Counted from the first letter of the stretch, positions 1 through 8,975 are shown. The stretch is 13,248 nucleotides of DNA from Armatimonadota bacterium (GCA_043754515.1 JAYUUO010000107.1:1-13248), one strand, 5' to 3'. Numbers and translations are program-made. The notes: generated from the letters alone by a model not told the origin.

Positions 1-2240
1 CGCCGAGCGGCGACATCGTACTCGCGGGCCGGACTAAAACCGACACGCTCCTGAGCAAGCGCGCCGTGTGGGAGAAGGTCGCCGCAAACGTCGAGTCACG
101 TCATATGCCTCCCGCCGGTTCGCCCGCCCCCACGGACGCCGAGCGTGGTAGGCTGACGGCATATGTCGAGTCGAGCCTGTCGAAAGCGGACTGCAAGTTA
201 AACGACCCCGGGCGGGTGACGATGCGCCGACTGAACCGCGCCGAATACGACAACACGGTGCGTGACCTGACCGGGCTGGAGCTGCGCCTGTCGGACGACT
301 TCCCGTCGGACGACGTCGGCTACGGCTTCGATAACATCGGCGACGTTCTCTCCCTGTCACCGATCCTGATGGAGAAGTATCTGGCGGCGGCGGGGAAGAT
401 CGCGCGGAGCCTGGTCAAGGCACCGGAAGACACGGTAGCGGGGCACACATGGGTGGGGTCGAAGCTAGCCTCCTTCGGCGGGTTCGACACGCCGCTGAGC
501 GAGGGGCGTATTCTCTTCAGCGAGGGCGCGGTCGAGGTGCCTGCCAATTTCCCGCTCCCGGCACGCTACAAGATTCGTGTCAAAGCCTGGCAACAGAAAG
601 CCGGCCCAGACGCCGCCGAACTGCTGATCAAGGTGGGCGGTAAGGACGTCCAGCGTTTTCCTATCAAGGCGACCGACTCGCGTGAGGCGAAGGCGGTGGA
701 GGCGGAGACGTTCGTGATGGCGGGGGATTATCCGGTCGCCGCGGCGTTTACGAACGACTACTACAGGAAGGATGACCCGAACCCCGCGCTGAACGGCGAC
801 CGCAATCTCATCATCGAGAGTATCGAAGTGGCGGGTCCGCTGAACGTTTCCGCCGACGCGCTGTCTAAATTAGCGCGGGCGTCCCCGGCGCAGTCCCGCC
901 TTTTCGCGCCGGGCCAGGGCGCGAAGGACGACGCGGATCGGGCGCGTAAGATACTCAAATCTTTCGCCCGCCGCGCCTACCGACGTCCGCCGACCGACAC
1001 CGAAGTCGGGAAACTCGTGGCCTTGTACGGGATCGCTCGCAAGAACGGCGAGAGTTTCGAGCGCGGCATCCAGCTCGGTGTTCAAGCGACCCTGGTCTCC
1101 CCGAACTTCCTATACCGCGCCGAACGCGAGACCGGCAAGACCCGCGAACTCGGCGATTTCGAGTTGGCGTCACGACTATCCTACTTCCTGTGGGCTTCGA
1201 CGCCGGACGAGACGCTACTCAAACTCGCCGAATCGGGCACGCTCCGCAAGCCAGAGGTTCTGGTGGCGCAGGCGAAGCGGATGCTCAAAGACCCCCGCTC
1301 CGTCGGTCTGACCGATAACTTCGCCGGGCAGTGGCTCCAATTACGCAAACTCGACCGCGTCACGCCCGACCCGGCGCAGTTCCCTGGTTGGGACGAACCG
1401 CTCCGTGCCGCGATGCGCGAGGAGACGCGCCGCTACTTCGACACCGTGGTGCGCGAGGACCACAGCGTCCTGGAGTTCCTAGACTCCGACTGGACGTTTC
1501 TGAACGGCAGACTCGCGAAGCATTACGGCAACAGCACGGTCACGGGCGACCAGTTCGTCCGCGTCAAGCTGAGCGGCGGACGGCGCGGCGGCGTTCTTAC
1601 CCAGGCGAGCGTGTTAACGCTGACATCGAACCCCACCCGCACCTCGCCGGTGAAGCGCGGCAGGTGGGTGCTGGACAACCTGCTCAACACGCCGCCCCCG
1701 CCCCCGCCGCCCGGCGTCGGACAGTTGCCCGACGACAAGCACGATAAGGCACCACTCACGGGTACACTGCGTCAGCGGCTGGAGAAGCATCGCTCCGACC
1801 CCGCATGCGCCTCGTGCCACAGCCGCATGGACCCCATCGGGTTCGGCCTCGAAAACTTCGATGCCATCGGGGCGTGGCGTAAGATGGATGGCGACGCGGC
1901 GATTGACGCTACCGGTATGCTCCCCGACGGCAGATCGTTCGTGGGTCCGAAGCAGTTACGGCAGGTGTTGCTCGCGAAGAAGGGTATGTTCGCGAAAGCG
2001 ATCACGGAGAAACTTCTGACGTACGCCATCGGGCGCGGGACCGAGCCGACGGATCACTGCGATGTCGCGGGAATGGCCGACACCCTGGCTGCTAAAGGGT
2101 ATCGCTTCTCGGCACTGGTCGAGCAGATCGTGCTCAGCGACGCGTTTCGGAAGCGGCGCACCGCCCCCGGCGATGTCGCGCCGCTGAAGCGAGTCGCGCG
2201 GGCGGATGACGCGCACGGAAACACACGGAGTAAACCGTGA
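1..2240 (+). CDS. DUF1592-family multidomain protein (cytochrome-c-type N-terminus, DUF1587, carbohydrate-binding-like insert, DUF1595, DUF1592, DUF1588, DUF1585); 5' end lies outside the window
   Basis: The frame is open from base 3 (PSGDIVL...AVWEKV...HMPP), so GTG at 66 is probably internal. Family motifs: [16 protein letters not shown] and GFDNIG (DUF1587), FARRAYRRP (DUF1595), [11 protein letters not shown]...PD and FAGQWL (DUF1592), [11 protein letters not shown] and CASCH...[11 protein letters not shown] (DUF1588), KLLTYAIGR (DUF1585). Stop TGA 2238-2240. Confidence 0.93.
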   Translation, partial: PSGDIVLAGRTKTDTLLSKRAVWEKVAANVESRHMPPAGSPAPTDAERGRLTAYVESSLSKADCKLNDPGRVTMRRLNRAEYDNTVRDLTGLELRLSDDFPSDDVGYGFDNIGDVLSLSPILMEKYLAAAGKIARSLVKAPEDTVAGHTWVGSKLASFGGFDTPLSEGRILFSEGAVEVPANFPLPARYKIRVKAWQQKAGPDAAELLIKVGGKDVQRFPIKATDSREAKAVEAETFVMAGDYPVAAAFTNDYYRKDDPNPALNGDRNLIIESIEVAGPLNVSADALSKLARASPAQSRLFAPGQGAKDDADRARKILKSFARRAYRRPPTDTEVGKLVALYGIARKNGESFERGIQLGVQATLVSPNFLYRAERETGKTRELGDFELASRLSYFLWASTPDETLLKLAESGTLRKPEVLVAQAKRMLKDPRSVGLTDNFAGQWLQLRKLDRVTPDPAQFPGWDEPLRAAMREETRRYFDTVVREDHSVLEFLDSDWTFLNGRLAKHYGNSTVTGDQFVRVKLSGGRRGGVLTQASVLTLTSNPTRTSPVKRGRWVLDNLLNTPPPPPPPGVGQLPDDKHDKAPLTGTLRQRLEKHRSDPACASCHSRMDPIGFGLENFDAIGAWRKMDGDAAIDATGMLPDGRSFVGPKQLRQVLLAKKGMFAKAITEKLLTYAIGRGTEPTDHCDVAGMADTLAAKGYRFSALVEQIVLSDAFRKRRTAPGDVAPLKRVARADDAHGNTRSKP

Positions 2241-3247
2241 TTAAGCCCGCCGCTGTCGATTCCTTACCGAGCCAATCTCCGCTCCCGCTACACCGCCGGG
2301 TCGGGTTGCTCTCCCTCGGCGGTCTCCTGGTAGGCGTGGGATGGCTCGCCGCTACGGTGCTACCGAACCTGCGGACGCTGGAGGTGGCGCACGCTATTCC
2401 GTCGGCTAAGACGCAAGACGCGCAGATGGCGAGCACGCCCGGCGGATGGCTGAACATGCTCCCGGTTTGGAAGGGTAAGTCGGCGACACCCGCACGCACT
2501 CCGTCCCCGGTCGCGGACGCCACGCCAGCGGTCAGCATGACGGAGGTGGCGTTCGTGAACGCGCCCACCGGCAGTGCGCTCCAGATGATGCTGGCGTCGG
2601 GCCGGTTGATCGCGACCAGCGACCCGGCGATCAAAGGCACGGTTTCCTTCTCCTGCGTCGGAAACCCGAAACCGTTTTGGGAAGCCATCAGCCGCGTGAG
2701 CGGGGCGGGAGGGTCACCGAAGGTTAGAGTCGTGCCGGTTTGGGACGCGTACTACGTGGTACCGAGCGGCGTAGGCATCATGAGCCAACTCAGCCCGCGG
2801 CGAGCCGCCGCCGCGCAGGTGCCGGTGCCGATGAGCGAGGCGAGGGTGACACACCGGATGGCGGGGTACGTCTCCGTAATGTCGGGTGACAACGCGCCGC
2901 CGATCCGCATCGCGCTCCTGGAAACCCGTATTCCCGGCGTGCCGCCGCGCTGGCGGATGGTGCGGATGGGCGACCCGGTCACCCACCGTTCGGCGGGCAA
3001 CACCCGCCGAAACGTCCTCGCGGATACGACCGGGGCACCCGTCGTGTCGGAGGTAACCGCCCGCCACCTGATTCTGACGGGAGCGGGAGACAAATCGCTG
3101 GAAGTGCCGTTGCGCGACACGGGGGTGCCCGACGTCTTCGGGTTCGCGGCGTCTGATGAAGCACCGAGGCCCTTCTCGCCCGCCCCGCCGGGCTGGATGC
3201 AGTACCCGTTCGGGAGAATGACGCGGGATCGTAACCAGGACAACTGA
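2237..3247 (+). CDS. Membrane-anchored hypothetical protein, possibly STN/secretin-N0-like domain plus GspC-HR/PilP-like domain
   Basis: 336-aa ORF. GTG start overlaps the upstream TGA (GTGA), with GGAG 6 nt upstream. Hydrophobic segment VGLLSLGGLLVGVGWLAATVL near the N-terminus, then a Pro/Ala/Thr linker. Domain resemblance is by eye only. Confidence 0.72.
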   Translation: MIKPAAVDSLPSQSPLPLHRRVGLLSLGGLLVGVGWLAATVLPNLRTLEVAHAIPSAKTQDAQMASTPGGWLNMLPVWKGKSATPARTPSPVADATPAVSMTEVAFVNAPTGSALQMMLASGRLIATSDPAIKGTVSFSCVGNPKPFWEAISRVSGAGGSPKVRVVPVWDAYYVVPSGVGIMSQLSPRRAAAAQVPVPMSEARVTHRMAGYVSVMSGDNAPPIRIALLETRIPGVPPRWRMVRMGDPVTHRSAGNTRRNVLADTTGAPVVSEVTARHLILTGAGDKSLEVPLRDTGVPDVFGFAASDEAPRPFSPAPPGWMQYPFGRMTRDRNQDN

Positions 3248-3276
3248 TCCGCCCGCGATAGGAAGATAATTGAACT

Positions 3277-4647
3277 ATGACGACACCGAAAATATCTCGA
3301 CGGTTACTGTTACGTGGCGCGGGCATGACGCTCGCGTTGCCGCTCCTGGAGGCGATGCTACCTCTGTCCGCGCGGGCGCAAACCGGTGGCGCGCGCGCCA
3401 CCGCCCCCGTTCGGATGGCGTTCCTGTTCGTCCCGAACGGCATGCACATGCCTGATTGGACCCCGGCCGCCGAGGGGAAGAACTTCGCGCTCCCGTATTT
3501 GATGGAGCCGCTCGCGCCGTTTCGCGATTCGCTGAACGTATTTACGGGGCTGACCCAGCACAACGCGTCCGCGCTCGGCGACGGCGGCGGCGACCACGCC
3601 CGCTCCGCCTCGGCGTGGCTCACCGGATGCCACCCGGTCAAAACGAGCGGGGCGAACATCAAAGCGGGCATCAGCGCGGATCAGATCGCCGCGCAATTCA
3701 TCGGTAAGAACACCCGGTTTCCATCGCTCGAACTCGGTTGCGAGCGGGGCGGCCTCGCGGGCGACTGCGATAGCGGCTATTCCTGTGCCTACTCCAACAG
3801 CATTTCGTGGCGCGGCGAGTCAACGCCGGTCGCGAAGGAGACAGACCCACGACTGGTGTTCGACCGCCTGTTCGGGTTGGACGGGGATGGCTCCGGGCGG
3901 ATCGGCACGAACGACAAGAGCCGCGCACTTTATGAGGCGAGCGTGCTGGACTTCGTGATGGACGACGCCCGCTCCCTCGCGCGGCAACTCGGCGGTCACG
4001 ACCGGCAGAAGCTCGACGAGTACCTGACGGGGGTGCGCGAACTGGAGCGACGCTTGCGAATGGTCTCGCATCAGGACGGCGCGGGCGGCGTGAAGCGGAC
4101 CGAACTCGCGGTCGCGCGCCCCGACGCCATGCCGCAGGAGTACGAAGACCATATCCGGTTAATGGGCGACATGATGGTGCTGGCGTTCCAGGCGGATTTG
4201 ACACGCGTCTGCACCTTCATGTTCGCGAACGAAGGCAGTAACCGCTCGTACCGCAAGATCGGGATCGCCGAAGGGCACCACGAACTCTCGCACCACGGCC
4301 ACTCACCCGAAAAACAGGCGAAGGTTCGGCGGATCAACCGCTTTCACATGGAGCAACTCGCCTACATCGCCAAACGCTTGCAGTCCGTCAAGGAGGGCAA
4401 CTCAACGATGCTAGACAACACGCTCCTCGTTTATGGCGGCGGCATCAGCGACGGAGACGCGCACAACCATAATAACCTACCGGTGATACTGCTGGGCAAG
4501 GGCGGCAACAGGATACACGGCAACCGCCATGTCAAGTACGAGGACGGCACCCCGATGACCAACCTATTCGTCAGCCTGTTCGACAAGATGGGCGTTCCGG
4601 TGGAGAAGATCGGTGATAGCTCGGGCAAGCTGACGCAGGTGGTGTGA
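3277..4647 (+). CDS. DUF1552 domain-containing protein (Tat-like N-terminus)
   Basis: ISRRLLLRGAGMTLALPLLEAM, FLFVPNG, ISADQIAA, SLELG, CDSGYSCAY, DPRLVFDRLFG, LAFQADLTRV, HHELSHH, LDNT and GDS are characteristic DUF1552 motifs. This family is the usual partner of DUF1592 genes. Confidence 0.95.
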   Translation: MTTPKISRRLLLRGAGMTLALPLLEAMLPLSARAQTGGARATAPVRMAFLFVPNGMHMPDWTPAAEGKNFALPYLMEPLAPFRDSLNVFTGLTQHNASALGDGGGDHARSASAWLTGCHPVKTSGANIKAGISADQIAAQFIGKNTRFPSLELGCERGGLAGDCDSGYSCAYSNSISWRGESTPVAKETDPRLVFDRLFGLDGDGSGRIGTNDKSRALYEASVLDFVMDDARSLARQLGGHDRQKLDEYLTGVRELERRLRMVSHQDGAGGVKRTELAVARPDAMPQEYEDHIRLMGDMMVLAFQADLTRVCTFMFANEGSNRSYRKIGIAEGHHELSHHGHSPEKQAKVRRINRFHMEQLAYIAKRLQSVKEGNSTMLDNTLLVYGGGISDGDAHNHNNLPVILLGKGGNRIHGNRHVKYEDGTPMTNLFVSLFDKMGVPVEKIGDSSGKLTQVV

Positions 4648-4654
4648 TACGCCG

Positions 4655-5131
4655 GTGAGGGTTCATCAAGAAGCGATAGACGCGGTTTTAGCGCGAATTA
4701 ACACCCTGCCGCTTCAGCGGCAGGGTATACCGACCGTCGCGCTCGTCGCGTTCAACTTCGCGGACGCCCCGGTGTCGCCTTGCCGGGCGCGCTTTACGGC
4801 TTCTTTCCCTACACGTGCCACGAAACCCGTGTCGTTGCGCGACGATAACGGCAACCTCGTCCCGTCCCGGATTGTTGACGAGTCATTTGACCCGGACGCG
4901 ACTGGCTTGTGTCCTGGATACATACTATGGACGTTGACGCTTGAGTTCGCGCTGGCTGACGGCTTGCCCCCCGCATCGGCGCGGGCCTTCGCGGCGACGT
5001 ACGAGGCGTCGCCCGAGGCGGTCCCGCCCGATGATTCTTTATCGCTACGGGCGGATGTGAGGGTTTGCGAGACGACGTGTCACGCGGGGGATCTGCCGAC
5101 GCGGTTCGAGTGGGCGGACGGACTCGTCTGA
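4655..5131 (+). CDS. Hypothetical protein (possible stand-alone beta-sandwich resembling the GH38 alpha-mannosidase accessory domain)
   Basis: 158-aa ORF starting 7 nt after the DUF1552 stop and filling the gap up to the convergent dapF stop. Pattern VAFN...LRDDNGNLVPSRI...LEF...LPPASARAF. Confidence 0.6.
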   Translation: MRVHQEAIDAVLARINTLPLQRQGIPTVALVAFNFADAPVSPCRARFTASFPTRATKPVSLRDDNGNLVPSRIVDESFDPDATGLCPGYILWTLTLEFALADGLPPASARAFAATYEASPEAVPPDDSLSLRADVRVCETTCHAGDLPTRFEWADGLV

Positions 5132-5139
5132 CAGCTCGA

Positions 5140-6120
5140 CTAGTGAATCTGGTCGCGCTCGATCACGCCTGCGTAAACAGTATGCGCCTCGCCGGTTAAT
5201 ATCAGAGGACTTTCTCCCCTGCCGGGGTTCATGCTGTAGATGACATTTAGCTTCCCCCCGCGGGAGTGTACGCTAGCAAAATGACTCAAGTCGTCCGGGC
5301 AAACGGGCCAACTCATCGGTTCGATCTTGTTCTGCAATGCCGCGAGAGCGACGACGGCACATGCCCCGGTGCCACACCCCAGTGTCTCGCCAGCACCCCG
5401 CTCCCAAATCCGCACGGCGAGATCGGAGTTCGCGGGATCACGTTTCGTCAACTTCGCCCATAGAACGGAGGTGCGTTCCGGGAAAAGTAGGTGGTTTTCG
5501 ATCAGGGGCGAGAGGGCGAAGAACCGGTCATCGTCCGGCAACGCATCTACCCATATCACGGTATGGGTGGACCCGGTGTTAACCGCGGAGATAGTGATCT
5601 TGCCGAATCCGTCAACAGGAAGAGGGTAATCAACGATTTCGGCGCGGTCGGTCACGAGCATGGGTATGTCGGAAGGCGCGAACAGCGGCGTGCCCATATC
5701 GGCGTTGATCATCCCCCTACGTTCCAATAATTCCACGCTCACGCCGCGAACCCCGACCAGGGTTTCTACACGACCACGCTGCTCGCAACTCGCCGGTATG
5801 CGATCGCCCGCCGGGGGGCGCATCGACGCAGTCACTCTCTCCTCGCCCCGGAGCAAGTCACGCTCCCAAGCCCAGCGCACGACACATCGCAGGCCGTTAC
5901 CGCACATATCCTCGGTGCCGTCCGGGTTGAACATGCGCATCCGAACATCGGCGACTTCCGACGGCATCACGACCAGCAAACCGTCCCCGCCGATCCCTTT
6001 GTGCCGGTCACAAAGACGAATCGCCTCCCGCGCCCAGTCGGTGTCGAACCCCCATACCGCTGCCTCAACAACTACGAAGTCGTTGCCGACCGCCTGCATC
6101 TTCGTAAACGGAAGGGTCAC
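5140..6120 (-). CDS. dapF: Diaminopimelate epimerase (DapF family, divergent)
   Basis: FTKMQAVGNDF, LCDRHKGIGGDG, FNPDGTEDMCGNGLRC and WERGAGETLGCGTGACA include both catalytic Cys motifs. Start reassigned from 6279 to GTG at 6120: it has GGGAGGAG just upstream, overlaps the upstream TGA (GTGA), and gives the usual DapF N-terminus (326 aa). Confidence 0.9.
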   Translation of the reverse strand: MTLPFTKMQAVGNDFVVVEAAVWGFDTDWAREAIRLCDRHKGIGGDGLLVVMPSEVADVRMRMFNPDGTEDMCGNGLRCVVRWAWERDLLRGEERVTASMRPPAGDRIPASCEQRGRVETLVGVRGVSVELLERRGMINADMGTPLFAPSDIPMLVTDRAEIVDYPLPVDGFGKITISAVNTGSTHTVIWVDALPDDDRFFALSPLIENHLLFPERTSVLWAKLTKRDPANSDLAVRIWERGAGETLGCGTGACAVVALAALQNKIEPMSWPVCPDDLSHFASVHSRGGKLNVIYSMNPGRGESPLILTGEAHTVYAGVIERDQIH

Positions 6121-8222
6121 AACTCCTCCCAGCGCAGTTCGGCGGTCCGCGTCAGTTTGTCGAACCACGCGCCTGACGGGTCCACCAGGGGGAACCACCA
6201 TGCCGACGGGCGGTAATCCGTGTGCGGCAGGGCATGCAGAGTGCGGAGCGAGTTCGCGACGAGTTCGGCTTTCGCCCATTCCGCCCCGGACTCGACGCGG
6301 CGCAAGGTGTCACGCGCGGCGGTCACTTCGTCGCTACGCTCCAGCGCGAGCCGCGACTGCTTCAAGTCACGTACTGTCGCCAGCGCGTAGCGCACGCTCC
6401 CGCGCCGAATTTCGATCTCCGCTTCATAGGTTACGAACCGCTCGGACTGAAGCGACACGATTTCGGATTCCAGAATCGCCACCTCGGCAGGGTCTTCCGT
6501 CGCCGCGAGCCGTTCGCGCACCGGTTGCACGCGGGCGCGGAAGTCGTCTCCCTTTTCCCGTTCGAGCCGCAGTGCCTCAATCTTCAGTTGACGCACCTGA
6601 TCATAAAGGGTGTAAATACGCCCCTGAATCGCCTGTGCCTTTTCCTTGATCGTGAGAAGCCTCATCCGCGCGGCTTCGTACTCGCGCGTTTTGGCTTCCC
6701 AATCGCCCTCCTGCTCCTCGGCGAGGTAGGCGAGCAGATCGCGCGGCGAGCGTAGTTCGCCCAGCGTTTTAAGGTCGCGCTCGGCGAACGCGACGGCGCG
6801 ACGCCAGCAGAGGGCGAAGTCCTCAAACCCGATAGAGGCGCGCCCCAGCGTTTGGCGCAGGTACGGCGGCAGGTTCAGGGCGTCTCCCAAGTCGCCGGGT
6901 GCAACGGGCACCGCCGCCAGCGCGTCCCACGTCGCGTACTTGACCCGCAGAATGGGATGGACAACCGGAACCGGCAAGTTGCGGCGGCGCATTTCGTCCA
7001 GCATGCTCGCGGTACGGTCGCTGTAGCTACTCGCGCCCTCGTGAAAGACGAATACATATTCGGCGGCGAGCATCGGTAGCAGGGCGACCGCCTTGCCGAT
7101 CAGCGCGATGTCGCTCCCGAGTTCGGCTTGGAGCAGTTTCGCCAACTCCTCGACACTGGTTGGGGCGCAGAACTTGCCCGCCGGACAAACCGTTAGCGGC
7201 TCCGGCGAAAGGAGGATGCGCACCGCGCCGTCGGGCGTGATCGAAAGCGTACCGCGCCCCTGGCCGGGAATTACGACATCGAAGGGCAACGCGCCCTCAC
7301 CGAAGGTGTCCAACGTGTAGGCACCGGAGCCGCCGACTGCCAGATCATAGGCATTGAGTGCCGGTTTACGCGTCGCGGGGTTCAGAAACAGGTCAACGAA
7401 CGCGAACCGGGGCAGACACGCGGTGTTCGTGTTAAACCGGAGCAGTTTCATCGTCGAGGACACGCCAAGGTGCTCCGACTTCGCGCCGAGCAGTAGTTCA
7501 TAGAAGCGTGGGAGCAGATCGCGGTACAGATCGGAGAGCGATGCAACCGGGTTCGCGACCGCGAAGTTCGTCACCCAGCCGCGTATCGTCTCCCCCAGCC
7601 GACGGGCGTTCGCGGCACGTTCCACGTTCTTTAACAGTTTCGCGCTCGCCGCGAATGTCTGCTCCATCTGCGCGTTCAGCGCGGGCAGTATCTCGGACAG
7701 CGTCACGTCGGCGGCGATCTTCTTGTCCCAGCGCGTGTAGATAATCCCCGTCCAGCCCCACGCGGTGGTCATATCAGACAGAAGCGGGTCCCTATCCGCC
7801 GCCACCGACATCGCCTTTGCCAGCGAAACCGCGCCGCGCTTCTCGATCTCGTGGCGAGTGGGAACATCCTCGCTACCGAAAAACGCGCTCATCTCCCCGG
7901 CGGCGGACCACAACCCGCGCGTTCTCGCGTCGTCGTGCGGCACGACCGCGTAGGCGGATTCGCCCGCGCTAGAAGGGTGTCCCGGTAGTTTCGCGAAATA
8001 ATCGGTGTCGTGCGCGGCGATCACCATTTCGGTGTCCGGCGCGATCTGATCCAGCAACCGGCGTATCGAGGCTTTCGTCGGTTCATCCCAGAGAGCGGTT
8101 TGCCCCAGCGCCAGAAGCGGTGTACCGGGAAATCGCGCGGCGAGATCGGTTAGAATGGTTCGCGCGGAGGGGCTACAGTGGCTTTCGCCGGACGCTACGG
8201 GGATGGCGTTGTTATTTGACAT
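6117..8222 (-). CDS. Hypothetical 701-aa protein with C-terminal coiled coil; remote resemblance to BshC-like proteins
   Basis: Long ORF with ATG start and a stop overlapping the dapF start. Helical, charged C-terminal third (EAKTREYEAARMRLLTIKEKAQAIQ...). The gene is well supported; its function is speculative. Confidence 0.85.
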   Translation of the reverse strand: MSNNNAIPVASGESHCSPSARTILTDLAARFPGTPLLALGQTALWDEPTKASIRRLLDQIAPDTEMVIAAHDTDYFAKLPGHPSSAGESAYAVVPHDDARTRGLWSAAGEMSAFFGSEDVPTRHEIEKRGAVSLAKAMSVAADRDPLLSDMTTAWGWTGIIYTRWDKKIAADVTLSEILPALNAQMEQTFAASAKLLKNVERAANARRLGETIRGWVTNFAVANPVASLSDLYRDLLPRFYELLLGAKSEHLGVSSTMKLLRFNTNTACLPRFAFVDLFLNPATRKPALNAYDLAVGGSGAYTLDTFGEGALPFDVVIPGQGRGTLSITPDGAVRILLSPEPLTVCPAGKFCAPTSVEELAKLLQAELGSDIALIGKAVALLPMLAAEYVFVFHEGASSYSDRTASMLDEMRRRNLPVPVVHPILRVKYATWDALAAVPVAPGDLGDALNLPPYLRQTLGRASIGFEDFALCWRRAVAFAERDLKTLGELRSPRDLLAYLAEEQEGDWEAKTREYEAARMRLLTIKEKAQAIQGRIYTLYDQVRQLKIEALRLEREKGDDFRARVQPVRERLAATEDPAEVAILESEIVSLQSERFVTYEAEIEIRRGSVRYALATVRDLKQSRLALERSDEVTAARDTLRRVESGAEWAKAELVANSLRTLHALPHTDYRPSAWWFPLVDPSGAWFDKLTRTAELRWEEL

Positions 8223-8360
8223 GAAAGATCGTTTCGGGATGCAACGGGGCTGACGTGACGCGATAGTGAAACACGGCTACGGGACCGTCGCGGACAGTAT
8301 ACCCCGGTTCTCTCCCCGCTATTCGTGGACAACAGGCGGGTCGTCAAAGTTCCCCATAGA

Positions 8361-8975
8361 CTATTCCGCCGTTCTGACAGGCCACTTGATTCGTTCCTCG
8401 CCCAGCGCGATCAGCCGCTCCTTGAGGGTGTCGAGCCGCACCAGTCGGCGATAGATCCCCCCGCTCCGCGTCATGTAGTGCAGGTCCACCAACAGACGGC
8501 GCAACGTCGCGAAGTCTGGATGGAATACCGACAGGAGCGCGTTGACTTCCTTCTCCGGGTAGATGCGCTCCACGACGAACGACTGCTCGACCATATGATC
8601 CAGTAGCACGGTGAGATGATTGCGGCGGCGCATCGGGATATGCGTCAGCCGTCCGTCCGGCATGTAGGAGGCCATCACCTTCTCCTCGAACGACAACTTC
8701 GGGCCGCGTGTCACCCCATCCGGTAGCGCGAACCCGTCAGGGAGGCGGGTCGCGTCATCGGCGCGGACGGCTTGTAGGTTCGCCCCGGCTAGATCCGCAC
8801 CGTCAAGATTCGCCCCGGCGATGTTGGCACCGCGCAGATCGGCACCCGAGAGGTTCGCCCCAGTCAGGTTCGTGCCCGCGAAGTTCGCGCCGCGCATGTC
8901 ATACCCGGCGAAATCGCGTCCGCCCAGATCCTGCCCCACGAAGTCAACGCCGCGCTGGTTTTTCGTTTCGTCCAT
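8361..8975 (-). CDS. Pentapeptide-repeat protein fused to DUF2087
   Basis: About 12 N-terminal pentapeptides (DMRGA NFAGT NLTGA NLSGA DLRGA NIAGA NLDGA DLAGA...). C-terminal DGRLTHIP...YPEKEVNALL...HPDFATLRRLLVD...MTR..GIY matches the DUF2087 pattern. Confidence 0.88.
   Translation of the reverse strand: MDETKNQRGVDFVGQDLGGRDFAGYDMRGANFAGTNLTGANLSGADLRGANIAGANLDGADLAGANLQAVRADDATRLPDGFALPDGVTRGPKLSFEEKVMASYMPDGRLTHIPMRRRNHLTVLLDHMVEQSFVVERIYPEKEVNALLSVFHPDFATLRRLLVDLHYMTRSGGIYRRLVRLDTLKERLIALGEERIKWPVRTAE

Noticed and set aside
1692..1712. C-rich run ccgcccccgcccccgccgccc
   Set aside because: Encodes the poly-proline stretch normal for DUF1588 domains; not an independent repeat.
6121..6279. 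53-aa N-terminal extension of DapF in the ORF track
   Set aside because: It overlaps the upstream gene in another frame; GTG at 6120 has a Shine-Dalgarno sequence and gives the normal DapF start.
5660..6649. 329-aa + strand ORF (also 2979..3671, 9324..10220, 11340..12008 and similar)
   Set aside because: Antisense shadows of well-supported genes in GC-rich DNA; Arg/Pro/Ser-rich with no recognisable motifs.
8296..8301. TATACT -10-like hexamer upstream of the 701-aa gene
   Set aside because: No -35 at a suitable spacing and no TGn extension; too weak to call.
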